64,000 bases of DNA from Eledone cirrhosa (Eukaryota): NCBI GenBank assembly GCA_964016885.1, contig OZ024750.1, forward strand, positions 35,030,001 through 35,094,000, in the 5' to 3' direction. Made by a program: the position numbers and the translations under genes. The notes below the pieces were generated by a model. It was not told the DNA's origin. It made no database searches and saw nothing but the letters and a program-made list of their open reading frames with translations. Positions 1 to 12,557 of the stretch are shown one piece after another. Position 1 is the first letter of the stretch. The number at the start of each line of letters is the position of its first letter.

Positions 1-543
1 TCTTTTTTTTCCCTTTCTTTGATTTGTCAAAGTTATATTATTGAAAAGATGACATTATTGAAAAAATGAGAGGGACAATTCTTTTAAAAACAGAGTTTTA
101 TAATGCATATAAAATATATAAAGTATTACCGGTTCTGATACATTAGTAAAATACATCTTATCAAATGTTGTGTATTACGATTAAAAAGAATTAATAAGAA
201 TTAAAAACTAAAAATTAAAGATTTAAAATTAAGAGGTAAGTTTTTTTCATCCCTTATTGACAAGGAGACTCCTTCTCAACAAGGAAGATGAAAAAAGTCA
301 GTTTCCTGTATACGAGTGATAAATGGCCAGCTTTGCTGCATTCAAATAATAATTTAAAAAAATGTTCGCTCTACATGGCTGAATACAATAAATGTAATCT
401 GATGTTTTTCGAATATTAATAATAACATTAGTGTCTGCAGTTCTGTTTACATGCCAACACAAGAGCAAGAATGAAGGGTTCATTCTACTGACATGGCTAT
501 AAAAATGAGTCTTGTTTGTATAATTGCAAACGAATCGAATGTT

Positions 544-699
544 TCGGACGCCATGCTTTCCAGCATAGTTACATCCCTTTACGATCTGAGTTCAAATCCC
601 GCCGAGGTTGACTTTGCCTTTCATCCTTCAATAAAATAAAGTACCAGTATTGTACTGGGTAATTGCTGGCCTTGTGCCAAAAGTAGAAACAATTATTAA
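544..699 (+). mobile_element. SINE family A copy (octopus-type), 5'-truncated
   Basis: GAGTTCAAATCCCGCCGAGGTTGACTTTGCCTTTCATCC...AAAGTACCAGT...GCTGGCCTTGTGCCAAAAGTAGAAACAATTATT recurs more than 10 times in the window. Confidence 0.85.
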
Positions 700-1049
700 T
701 ATTCGAAAAACTCAGATTATATATATATATATATATATATGATATATATCATATATATAATGTGTTTAGATTCCTTTCCACTCATTAGACTGGTTAAATT
801 AAGGGTCAAAGATTTATGAATTTAGTTTGATCAACCCTAGAATATTAAACCTGAAGAAAATTACTAACGTGTTTTGGTTAAGTTGTTAACTTATTAATGT
901 TAATATTAAGTTTAATGTTTTAGTTAAATTAATACCAAACTGAAGATAGCGAGTTCAGCTTTTATACCTACCTTCCTTCTTGTAATTATTGAATGCCGAA
1001 GCTGGTGCATTACTGTACTAACTTCTGAAATTCTTGCACTTAATTCAGC

Positions 1050-1597
1050 CTCCTGCTTTTCATCATTTGTGAACATGGCGCTGAGCTATCTGAACTTCTC
1101 TACCTGCTTCAATGGAACTCCATTCACACGTAGTGTGCACTGAGCAGGCTTGCTTGAGATGACGAGTGTCTCAGTCTTCACAGTACTGATTTTCATTCCA
1201 GCCATGCAGCATTTGGCATCAAACCTATCAAGTGCAAGCTGGAGATCACCTTCTGTTGAGTTAAGTAACACCATGTCGTCAGTAAATTCCAGTCGACTGA
1301 TTTTTACATGCGGCAGTTGTGATACCGCTTCAAACCTGGTTGCACATGTCAATCCTGTTCATGTAAATAATGAACAGGAGAGGTGACAGTATGTATCCTT
1401 GGTGGAGTCCGACTCCCACATTGAATGGTTTAGATTTAGCACCATTTATCCAAACACAAATACTCAGGCATTTGTATAGAGACACCAGGGCAACAAGAAA
1501 CTGACCATTCGTCCCATATTTCTGCAGAACCTTCAACTGCAGCTCCTGAGGAATGTGGTCATATGCCTTTTCAAGGTCGACAAAACAAGAACATAAC
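1050..1597 (-). mobile_element. RTE-clade (Expander/Rex3-like) LINE reverse transcriptase fragment, frameshifted
   Basis: Minus-strand motifs FVDLEKAYD, GVGLHQGYILSPLLFIIYM, FTDDMVLL, GMKISTVKTE, LKQVEKF. Confidence 0.85.
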
Positions 1598-1662
1598 CTT
1601 AAGTTTAATGTTTTAGATAAGTTAAATTATTAACGTTTTGGTTGTTAACTTATTAATATTAA

Positions 1663-1852
1663 AGGCGGTGAATTGGCAGTATCGGTAGAGGGTCGGACGC
1701 CATGCTTTCTAGCATAGTTTCGTCCCTTTACATTCTGAGTTCAAATCCCACCGAGGTTAACTTTGCCTTTCATCCTTACGGGGTCGATAAAATAAAGTAC
1801 CAGTAATGCACTGGGTAATTGCTGGCCTTGTGCCTAAAGTAGAAACAATTAA
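1663..1852 (+). mobile_element. SINE family A, near full length
   Basis: GGCGGTGAATTGGCAGTATCGGTAGAG head, GAGTTCAAATCC B-box-like motif, family tail. Confidence 0.85.
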
Positions 1853-2974
1853 TTAATATATTTTGTTAAGCTGTTACTTATTAATGTTATCATTGAGGTT
1901 AATGTTAACGAAGCCATTAACAAAATTGGTAGCAATTACCATTTCATTTGGTGTTTCAAATAGTGAAAGTAGTAACAAAATATTATTTATCTATTTCTGT
2001 CTTATCTATGTTCGTTATCTGAGAAAGAAACTATGTTTACTGAAGTTATTACATGTAAGGATCATTGTAGAAGAGAAAACAACAACAACAGCAACAAAGC
2101 AATTCATTAATGGCAGTTGTAGAAATCCTTAGGAAAATAGCCAAGATCTGTGTAACATGAAAAGTTGAAAGAGTGAAAGGAGGTTATAAGAATTAATCCC
2201 ACATCAGCCATTTTAGTTGTTTCTATGTAACAGAGAGAAACAACACATAATGAAGAATTAGTTCTAAATATACATATAAGGTTTTAGAGAAAAGGTGTTT
2301 CAAAGAATTATTGTTTTTAGAGGATAAAATTTGCTTTACTTCTCATTAGAATGAAAGAAAAAACAGCTGAACGAAGATAAAATATTAAAGGGATAAACTG
2401 AATGAGGAAAAGAAGTAAAAGAAATGTAAAGCTATAAGTCTTATATGTTTGGTAAGCAGAAGGATTAGAAATATTTTTAGATATAATGTAATGGAAGGAA
2501 TGCTAAATATGTCTAGAATGAATAATAAAGAATCAAAACAGGCAGTAAGAAAAGAGCTTGTGTAATGATGCAGATACATTAATTATTTGTGAAAATGAGA
2601 AAAGGAAGTGTATTTTGGGAGAATGTTTAGAGAATTTGGATGGCATAAAGTGGGTTAAACTAAAAATAAGAGCTATCCCTACACGCAATGGCATCTGAGT
2701 TACAACTCGCAATTGCAATAAAAATAAAAGCTGAAAAAGTTATTAGAGAAATAGGTATGTAGGAAGATTGGATGAAAAGATGATAACTCGGTGAAAAACT
2801 GCTAGAATTGGAAGATTATTGGTAAAATAAGGAACTTCTTGAGTAAGATAGTTAAGGGGTGGTACCAGAATAACTAAAGACAAAGAGTGAAACATGGAAA
2901 GCAATTCACTAGGAAATCTAAACCATATTAATGCAAAAGAAAGTGTGTAACAATTCATTTCATGTCTTAGGATT

Positions 2975-3047
2975 GATCATCATCATCATCATCATCATCA
3001 TCATTATTATGATGATCATCATCGTAATCATCATGATCATTATGACC

Positions 3048-3088
<41 letters not shown>

Positions 3089-3142
3089 CATTATGATGAT
3101 GATGATCATCATCATTATGATCATCGTAATCATCATCCATCG

Positions 3143-3200
<58 letters not shown>

Positions 3201-3216
3201 TCATCATCATCATCGT
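2975..3216. repeat. (ATC/ATG)n compound microsatellite
   Basis: Seen directly; explains the poly-M/I/H ORFs. Confidence 0.95.
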
Positions 3217-3549
3217 CGTTTAACATCCATTTTCCAAAGCTAATTACAATTTCTTATAAGACCTTCCTATAACTTCTTCCAAGCATTTCCCAGTAAATCA
3301 ATTTTTATATTTAATCTATAGGAAAATAATAACATTATTCAGGCATGTTTTGAAACCATCCAGAGCTTTCATTGTGAATATTTATATTAAACCTTCTTTG
3401 ATTGTTAACCATACTGATTCCTATTCCTTGCTAAATATTCCCCTCTAATGCTAGTTAATGGTTTGGGAATCTGTAGTGATTTGAGCTGCAAATATTTGTT
3501 CCAGAACAATACCAGACTTTCCTGTATTCCTTACAGTTAGTTATTAAAG

Positions 3550-3820
3550 CCTGTCTTAAGCCAGAGGGCTCATCAGGCCAGTGCTTATCCCAGTTCCATG
3601 GTGTGAAGTGACTGAGAGTAAAAGACTTCCTCCTGGACTGGATGCCTGTCCATCACAGTGTTAAACCCTTTGCTGGTACTCATTTTTAGCTGAGTATACT
3701 GGAGCAACGTGAAATGAAGTGTTTTGCTCAATAAAACAACACACAACCAAGCCGAGGAATCAAACCTATGACATTATGATCGTAAGTTCAACACTGTTAC
3801 CACTAGGCCACATGCCTCCG
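3550..3820 (-). mobile_element. tRNA-derived SINE (CORE-like body, alternative tail)
   Basis: Reverse complement begins GGAGGCATGTGGCCTAGTGG; contains TTGAGCAAAACACTTCATTTCACGTTGCTCCAGT; tail shared with 39063-39250. Confidence 0.75.
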
Positions 3821-4389
3821 CACACAGTTTATAAAGGATTTCAGAAATTTCTTTAAACAACAAAAGATGTCTGACTATAATGTTTAGATTATTATATAGG
3901 TTAGTGGCCTTTAAACAAAATTTCAACAAATGATTAGATATTATTCATTGTATAAAGTGTTTCAACTGAAATATAACTTAAATATAAAAAAAAAACTGTT
4001 TGAAAACATTTCAAATAAACTTGTACTATTGTAAACTGGTATTATTCTACATTTATTTAAAGCTTCATTTCTTTATTTTTCTCATGTTTATTCTTTCTTC
4101 TTTTAAATTTTCTTGTTGGTTTTCATTTTGTTTTTTTACATCCTTCCCAATATATTTTCCTCTTAACACACTTTATTTGACTTCCTATTCTTTTCTTTTG
4201 TCTTTCTTTCTTTTCTTATTTACCTCCTGATTACTTTTCATTCAATTTTTTTAGCTTTTCTCTTCTCTTATTCTCTTCTTCTCTTTGCTTCACTTTTCTT
4301 TCCTCATTCCCTACTTATGACATTTCTCTTTTTTTTTCATTATTTTGACAGAAGCTAAAATGTAAACTAGAGTCTATTACTTGTTCATG

Positions 4390-4642
4390 AAAATAACAAC
4401 ATAGAACCACAGTTCTATAAATGAACTGTTTAAACCTTAAAATAACAAAATAGTACTGCTGTTCTATACATTAAACTATTTAAACCTTAAACTAACAAAA
4501 TAGTACTGCAGTTCTATATTATGAATTATTTAAACCTTAAAATAACAATGTAGTACTGTAGTTCTATATGTCAAACTATCTAAACCTTAAAATAACAATA
4601 TAGTACTGCAGTTCTATACATTAAACTATCTAAACTTTAAAT
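4390..4642. repeat. 50-bp tandem repeat, about 5 copies
   Basis: AATAACAA.ATAGTACTGCAGTTCTATA..TTAAACTATTTAAACCTTAA units at 4441, 4491, 4541, 4591. Confidence 0.9.
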
Positions 4643-4711
4643 GTAACTAGGTAGTCAGTATCATATAAAGTGATACAACCTCTTCCACACTTGTGACCTT
4701 AGTAAAACTCA

Positions 4712-6872
4712 TACATCCAGTGAGCTCCCTAAAAACATGTAGCGCCATTTTAAACACTTTGTCTCCCTAATGCCATTACTTCCCATCTGCTACATCCAGT
4801 GAGCTCCCTAAAAACATGCAGCTCCATTCTGAACACTTTGTCTCCTTAATGCCGTTACTTCCCATCTGCTACACCCAGTGAGCTCCCTAAAAACATGCAG
4901 CTCCATTCTGAACACTTTGTCTCCCTAATGCCGTTACTTCCCATCTGCTACATCCAGTGAGCTCCCTAAAAACATGCAGCTCCATTCTGAACACTTTGTC
5001 TCCTTAATACCATTACTTCCCATCTGCTACATCCAGTGAGCTCCCTAAAAACCTGCAGCTCCATTCTGAACACTTTGTCTCCCTAATGCCATTACTTCCC
5101 ATCTGCTACATCCAGTGAGCTCCCTAAAAACATGCAGCTCCATTCTGAACACTTTGTCTCCCTAATGCCATTACTTCCCATCTGCTACATCCAGTGAGCT
5201 CCCTAAAAACATGCAGCTCCATTCTAAACACTTTGTCTCCCTAATGCCATTACTTCCCATCTGCTACATCCAGTGAGCTCCCTAAAAACATGCAGCTCCA
5301 TTCTGAACACTTTGTCTCCCTAATGCCGTTACTTCCCATCTGCTACATCCAGTGAGCTCCCTAAAAACATGCAGCTCCATTCTGAACACTTTGTCTCCTT
5401 AATGCCATTACTTTCCATCTGCTACATCCAGTGAGCTCCCTAAAAACCTGCAGCTCCATTCTGAACACTTTGTCTCCCTAATGCCATTACTTCCCATCTG
5501 CTACATCCAGTGAGCTCCCTAAAAACATGCAGCTCCATTCTGAACACTTTGTCTCCCTAATGCCATTACTTCCCATCTGCTACATCCAGTGAGCTCCCTA
5601 AAAACATGCAGCTCCATTCTAAACACTTTGTCTCCCTAATGCCATTACTTCCCATCTGCTACATCCAGTGAGCTCCCTAAAAACATGCAGCTCCATTCTG
5701 AACACTTTGTCTCCCTAATGCCGTTACTTCCCATCTGCTACATCCAGTGAGCTCCCTAAAAACATGCAGCTCCATTCTGAACACTTTGTCTCCCTAATGC
5801 CGTTACTTCCCATCTGCTACATCCAGTGAGCTCCCTAAAAACATGCAGCTCCATTCTGAACACTTTGTCTCCCTAATGCCATTACTTCCCATCTGCTACA
5901 TCTAGTGAGCTCCCTAAAAACATGCAGCTCCATTCTAAACACTTTGTCTCCCTAATGCCATTACTTCCCATCTGCTACATCCAGTGAGCTCCCTAAAAAC
6001 ATGCAGCTCCATTCTGAACACTTTGTCTCCCTAATGCCGTTACTTCCCATCTGCTACATCCAGTGAGCTCCCTAAAAACATGCAGCTCCATTCTGAACAC
6101 TTTGTCTACTTAATGCCATTACTTTCCATCTGCTACATCCAGTGAGCTCCCTAAAAACCTGCAGCTCCATTCTGAACACTTTGTCTCCCTAATGCCATTA
6201 CTTCCCATCTGCTACATCCAGTGAGCTCCCTAAAAACCTGCAGCTCCATTCTGAACACTTTGTCTCCCTAATGCCATTACTTCCCATCTGCTACATCCAG
6301 TGAGCTCCCTAAAAACATGCAGCTCCATTCTGAACACTTTGTCTCCCTAATGCCATTACTTCCCATCTGCTACATCCAGTGAGCTCCCTAAAAACATGCA
6401 GCTCCATTCTAAACACTTTGTCTCCCTAATGCCATTACTTCCCATCTGCTACATCCAGTGAGCTCCCTAAAAACATGCAGCTCCATTCTGAACACTTTGT
6501 CTCCCTAATGCCGTTACTTCCCATCTGCTACATCCAGTGAGCTCCCTAAAAACATGCAGCTCCATTCTGAACACTTTGTCTCCCTAATGCCGTTACTTCC
6601 CATCTGCTACATCCAGTGAGCTCCCTAAAAACATGCAGCTCCATTCTGAACACTTTGTCTCCCTAATGCCGTTACTTCCCATCTGCTACATCTAGTGAGC
6701 TCCCTAAAAACATGCAGCTCCATTCTGAACACTTTGTCTCCCTAATGCCATTACTTCCCATCTGCTACATCTAGTGAGCTCCCTAAAAACATGCAGCTCC
6801 ATTCTAAACACTTTGTCTCCCTAATGCCATTACTTCCCATCTGCTACACCCAGTGAGCTCCCTAAAACATGC
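4712..6872. repeat. 79-bp satellite, about 27 highly similar copies
   Basis: Unit CATCCAGTGAGCTCCCTAAAAACATGCAGCTCCATTCTGAACACTTTGTCTCCCTAATGCCATTACTTCCCATCTGCTA; starts at 4714, 4793, ... Confidence 0.97.
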
Positions 6873-6879
6873 AACAATA

Positions 6880-7110
6880 AAGCAAGAAATTCGTAAATTA
6901 TGCAGGCATAAGAAGGGATATGGAGAGAATATAGAATCTGAAAGCAAGAGTAGTATCAACTGTCAAGAGTGGTACCAAATGTGATGAGAAGACTTGGGTC
7001 AGTGGTGGAAAACCTTCAGAAATACTTTGACACAAATAATATCAATCCCAACATTGCAAAAGACAACACTTTTGGTAAGAGCAAATATCATGCAGGCTTT
7101 TTGAGGTTAC
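6880..7110 (+). mobile_element. Degraded R4/Dong-like LINE C-terminal fragment
   Basis: Fragmentary translation VVP..LGSVVENLQKYF...IPTLQKTTLL resembles the REL-LINE C-terminus. Confidence 0.4.
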
Positions 7111-7740
7111 ATAACTGAGGAGTCAGTTAAATAATTCAGTGTTAATAAGATCATTTGTATGCAAATGAAGGAATATTAATTTTAAAAAAAAATCAAGATT
7201 TCTTACTTTTATGGGTTAATGACAGAAATATAGTTCTTTATATCATGAATTGTTTGGTTAGAATTTAATATTTTTCTGCTAATGTAATCCATTTTATTCT
7301 GAAATAAATAGATATTGTTTACAGGTTTTCTTTTTCAAAACAAATTTAAACATTCATAAATGTTGTATGTGAAGTTCTACAGCCAGTAGTTCTTTGAAAT
7401 GTTATGTTAATAACTGGAAGCTATAAAGCATCTTATTTCAAATCTGTTGTGCTTGATTTCACAAATCTTGAGTAATGACCAAAAGAATATGATTGTTAAC
7501 AGAAAGGGCCAAAATGGGGTTCTTCTGAAAGGTCTTTGGAGAAACGTTACGCAATATAGTGTGTAATTTAGACATCAGGGAATCATTGCTGGTAAAGTTG
7601 TAAATTACTTAACTAGTCTCTTTCCATGACCTCTTCATTTGTGATAGGGTCACAACAAAAAAAAATCTTAAGTTTGGTCCTTGATAAAAGCATTTTTTTT
7701 GTTTTCAACCTTCCAACAACTTCTTTCTCCTAAATTTACA

Positions 7741-7838
7741 CCTTCCTGATGAAGGACTAATATCTGATATGTTCCAACATTCTTTCTCCCAAATTTGTTC
7801 TTTTCTGATGAAGGACTAATGTCTGATACATTGAGAAA
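7741..7838 (+). ncRNA. Tandem pair of degenerate minimal hammerhead-ribozyme motifs (Penelope-type)
   Basis: CTGATGA-A-GGAC-TAAT-(A/G)TCT-GATA(T/C) at 7746 and 7805; canonical GAAAC replaced by GATAC/GATAT. Confidence 0.5.
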
Positions 7839-7904
7839 TTGTTTTTCCTTTTCCTACAAGCGTAAAATTAATAAGACTTTGTATAATTATATCTGTGTTT
7901 GACG

Positions 7905-8370
7905 TATATAGATATCTTTACCTATATATATTGATATCTTGAACTATATATATTGATATCTTAACCTATAACCTATATATATTGATATCTAAACATATAT
8001 ATATTGATATCTAAACATATATATATTGATATCTTAACCTCTATATATTGATATCTAAACCTATATATATTGATATTTTGATCTATATATATAGTGATAT
8101 CTAAACTATATATATTGAAATCTTAACCATATATATATTGATATCTTAACCTATATATATTGATATATTGAACTATATATATTGATATATTGACCTATAT
8201 ATATTGATATCTCGACTTATATATATTGATATCTAAACTAGATATATTGATATCTAAACTATATAAATTGATATCTGAACTATATATATTGATATCTCAA
8301 CCTATATATATTAATATATTGAATTATATATTTTGATATTTAGATCTATATAGTGATATATTGAACTCTG
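7905..8370. repeat. AT-rich minisatellite, unit about 22 bp (TATATATTGATATCTAAAC)
   Basis: Seen directly. Confidence 0.9.
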
Positions 8371-8394
8371 AGCCAGATTTTCACCTGCAGAGGC

Positions 8395-9027
8395 CCTAAG
8401 TTATATGAAATTTTAAGCCCTTCTCTTTAGCTTATAGATAGATCCAGCACAGCTTGAACTATATATTGATATAATATTGATTTCATATATTTCTACAAGA
8501 AAAAGACAAAAAGATTCAGATAAAAAATTTAAGACAATTATACATGGTTATTACTTATTAATGATTACAAAATGAAATTAGTTACAAAGTGTTCCTTTTA
8601 ACTAATTTATTGATTTATTCCATTTACTAATGGTTAAAAAAAAATGTATTTAAAAAAATGAAGCACTTGAGAGTGTGTGGCCCTATGTTATAGCTTATAG
8701 ATAGGTCCAGTACTGGCTACACTGAAGTCTCGTGGGTGGGTGGCCCTAACTTATAACTTATAGATATGTCCAGCACTGGCTACACTGAGGTCTCCGTGGG
8801 TGTGTGACCCTAAGTTATAGCTTATTTAGCTTATAGAAAGGTCCAGCATCCCGTGGGTGTGTGACCCTAAGTTATAGCTTATTTAGCTTATAGAAAGGTC
8901 CAGCATCCCGTGGGTGTGTGGCCCTAAACTATAACTTATAGATATGTCCAGCACTGGCTACACTGAGGTCCCCGTGGGTGTGTGGTCCTAACTTATAGCT
9001 TATTTAGCTTATAGATAGGTCCAGCAC
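8395..9027. repeat. Irregular 60-70-bp repeats (CCCTAAGTTATAGCTTATAGATAGGTCCAGCAC)
   Basis: About 6 imperfect copies, mostly 8670-9027. Confidence 0.75.
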
Positions 9028-9289
9028 AATTTTAGTGAATTCTGCAAACTTCTTCATTATGTTGTATTTCATTAGAAATGTGGTCATCAAAGTGTTAAGT
9101 TAACAGTTGAGTCTAATTATAACTTTTTAAATATATATATATATAGCATAGCTGAATAGTTCGCAAGTTTTCTTTGCAATAACAAGGTCTAAATTCTATC
9201 CAGCACCTATATGGCATCTTAGGCAATTTCTTTTTACCATAGCTTTATGTTAACCCATTACTTTGTCGAATAGAATGCTTTGAGGTATC

Positions 9290-9570
9290 TGTTCCAGCTC
9301 TCAGTTCAAAATCTATCGATGTCAACTTTGCCTTTCATCCTTTTGAGGTCAATAAAAAAATAAAAAAGATACCAGTCTCATACTAGGGTCAATACTTTCT
9401 CTATATCTCTTTCTCATTTCCTTTCTCTCACTTTCTATCCTTCTCTAGAAAAAATCTGTTGTACTCAGGCCTGGAGAGGGCTGGGCTCTGCCAGTTATAA
9501 AATGTCCTACAAATGATGTATGGTGTCCCTATGAGTCCATCAGCAGTTACAGCAGTTACAGGCCATACCA
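9290..9570 (+). mobile_element. SINE-A variant with extended tail
   Basis: Tail TCTATCCTTCTCT(G/A)GAA(G/A)AAATCTG.TGTA is shared with 51735-52075 and 62090-62460. Confidence 0.65.
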
Positions 9571-9895
9571 TATCAACCCATGTTGACTCAAGTCTTGTGA
9601 GTGAAACTTGGCTGACAGAAACTGTTTGCAAGCCTGACAAAATGGATTGTACCTATAACTGAAAGATCCAAAGTTGTTACATACAGTTACTGTGTCTTGC
9701 TGATTCTGTCTGAGGATTTCAGCAGGGATGTGTACCTGTGAAATATTCAGCCACTTCCTCGTTAATACAATAAGCAGTTAGTTTCATACAGCAAGCAATA
9801 GAATATCTATCATTGAACATTTGTGATCCATTCAGTATACCTTAGTTTAAATATACAGAAATATCAGTCAAGTTAATTCCACCTATTTTCAATGT

Positions 9896-10124
9896 TTAAC
9901 CCTTTAGCATTTAAACTGGCCATATCTGGCCATAATTCTCTCACCTCTTTTTTTTCAAACCAGCCATAACTGGCTGCTCATATCAACATTAAGGTATTCT
10001 TCTCAAAATACATAACATCAAAATCTCGTAGATATGATATTATGTGAGATAACTATGTGAGATAAAGCCTTTATCACAAAAATGCAATAGTAATTATAGA
10101 GTAATGTAAACAGTAAAGGGTTAA
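9896..10124. mobile_element. piggyBac-like MITE
   Basis: TTAA|CCCTTTA ... TAAAGGG|TTAA: TTAA duplication with short terminal inverted repeats. Confidence 0.7.
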
Positions 10125-10443
10125 TATAGAAATGAAGAATTCTAATGCTATTTGCGAATATCTGAAATAGAAACAAATGTAATTTAAAATAATTTTAATG
10201 CTTCTAATAAAAATATAGCTATTTGGAATGATTTTTTAATTTTTCAAATATAACGAAAGATATTTTTATTGTTTATAATGAAACTATTTATTTAAAAAAA
10301 GGCAAAACAAAAAAACAAATCATAGCTTTCAAACTGCAATAGCTATTAAAATGAAAGTGTTGAAAAAATTTTATTTTATATTACACCTATTAATAGAAGT
10401 AATATTACCATTAAAATGAATCTATTTAAAAGAAATCTTTTAA

Positions 10444-11127
10444 TGTGTAACCTTGCAACTATTGGTGAAACTCTACTGTATATATACAGGTATGTAATCC
10501 AACTATTGGTGAAACTGTACTGTATATATACAGGTGTGTAATCCAACTATTGGTGAAACTGTACTGTATATATACAGGTGTGTAACCTTGCAACTATTGG
10601 TGAAACTGTACTGTATATATACAGGTGTGTAATCCAACTATTGGTGAAACTGTACTGTATATATACAGGTGTGTAATCCAACTATTGGTGAAACTGTACT
10701 GTATATATACAGGTATGTAATCCAAATATTGGTGAAACTGTACTGTATATATATACAGGTGTGTAATCCAACTATTGGTGAAACTGTACTGTATATATAC
10801 AGGTATGTAATCCAAATATTGATGAAACTACTCTATATATACAGGTGTGTAATCCAACTATTGGTGAAACTGTACTCTATATATACAGGTATGTAATCCA
10901 ACTATTGATGAAACTGTACTGTATATATACAGGTGTGTAATCCAAATATTGGTGAAACTGTACTGTATATATACAGGTATGTAATCCAACTATTGATGAA
11001 ACTATCTATATATACAGGTGTGTAATCCAACTGGTGAAACTGTACTGTATATATACAGGTGTGTAATCCAACTGGTGAAACTGTACTGTATATATACAGG
11101 TGTGTAATCCAACTATTGAAACTGTAC
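10444..11127. repeat. 44-bp minisatellite, about 15 copies
   Basis: AACTATTGGTGAAACTGTACTGTATATATACAGGTGTGTAATCC. Confidence 0.95.
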
Positions 11128-12164
11128 AGAAAAAATAGGATATATTGCCGTCATCTTCTTCTTCTTCTTCTTCTTCTTCTTGTCCCCCCCCCCTTTCTTC
11201 TTGCCCCCCCCCCCCCCCCGTGTTCTTCTTCTTCTTCATCATCGTTCATCATCTACTTTCTCTTCCAGCAAAGGTTAGGTTGGTCTTCACAGAGTAAGTC
11301 TCTACTTAAATGGGTCTACTAACCCCCCCCCCCCCCCCCCCGAGAGGCCAGGAGCCCACATCTCACATATAATCCCATGTTCTACTGAGTGCATTTTATC
11401 ATTGCGTCAGCTCAAGGGAGGTCGAGTCTTTGACACAACTGAAGAGGCCCCCCCCCCCCCAACCCTTTGTTTGGCAAACTTTCGAAAGTTGGATGCTCTT
11501 CCTATCATCAGCCACTTTACAGCATGTACTGGGTGTGTTTATCATGTAGATCCCCAACACTAGAGAGATTGTCATGTCCTTATGACACAACTGAAGGGTC
11601 TTCAAAACTCCTTTTCTTGGCAAGCGTTCTATGAATGGATGTTGTTCTTATCAAAAGCAACATATTAATATCATAGATGCACTGTCTTATATTCTGTAAA
11701 TAATATGGAAGCTTCACAATTCTTGAAATACAACTATAGCTATACAAATATAATTTCATTTCCTTATTTTAGAAAGCAATAGGATGGAAATGTTGGTTTT
11801 AAGGATAAAATGTATAATATTAACATTTTAAGAATCCCTGGCATAATCAATAAATTTGAAATGAAAATAGCTGGCAAAATTTCAAATTTAATTAAAATAA
11901 TATTTGTTGTTAATTTGTATTCATTTTTGAATGACAACAACTTAGGAATTATATGCCATAGAAACATTTTTCAAGATATGTTTAGCATGCAACTAATTCA
12001 AGGTTAGAGTTGACTGTGTTGAGTGGGAAGAATGGCAAAACTCAGTCGAATAAATACTGTAATTCTAACAAAGAACCAAAAAAATTGGTAATTGAACTGT
12101 TGGCGCTGAATACACTATGATTTTGAGAACATTCAATAACTGCTGTTGTTGATGTTATTGTTTG

Positions 12165-12555
12165 CCAGTGGGTTGACAGTAATCAGTAGAGTATCAGAGA
12201 ATGTGCTTTGTGGCATATAGTTACGTTGTGAGTTCAAATTTTGCCGAGGTTAGGTTTGCCTTTCATCGTCACGGGGTCAATAAAATAAAGTACCAGTAAA
12301 GCACTGGGGTCGATTTAATTGATTTTTCTCCTCCCCTTAAAAAAGCTGCTGGCCTTGTGCCTAAAGTAGAAACAATTATTATAAGGGCAGTGGCTTTGTA
12401 GCATATAGTTACATCCCTTTACAGTCTGATTCAAATCCTGCTGAGGCTAGCTTTGCCTTTCATCCTTACAAGGTCAATAAAATAAAATCCTGGTAATGCA
12501 CTATTGTTGATTTAATCTCCAAAATTGTTAGCCTTGTGCCTAAATCAGAAACCAT
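12165..12555 (+). mobile_element. Two tandem SINE-A copies
   Basis: Two successive TTCAAAT..GAGG..TTTGCCTTTCATC..GCCTTGTGCCTAAA blocks. Confidence 0.75.
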
Positions 12556-12557
12556 TA

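Noticed and set aside
10740-10760. LexA-box-like CTGT-N8-ACAG
   Set aside because: A (TA) slippage variant within a eukaryotic minisatellite.
11470-11515. Hammerhead-like CTGATGA...GAAA on the minus strand
   Set aside because: No NUH site or stem I in register; it is a decayed GGAAGGGCATCCAG RTE/SINE tail.
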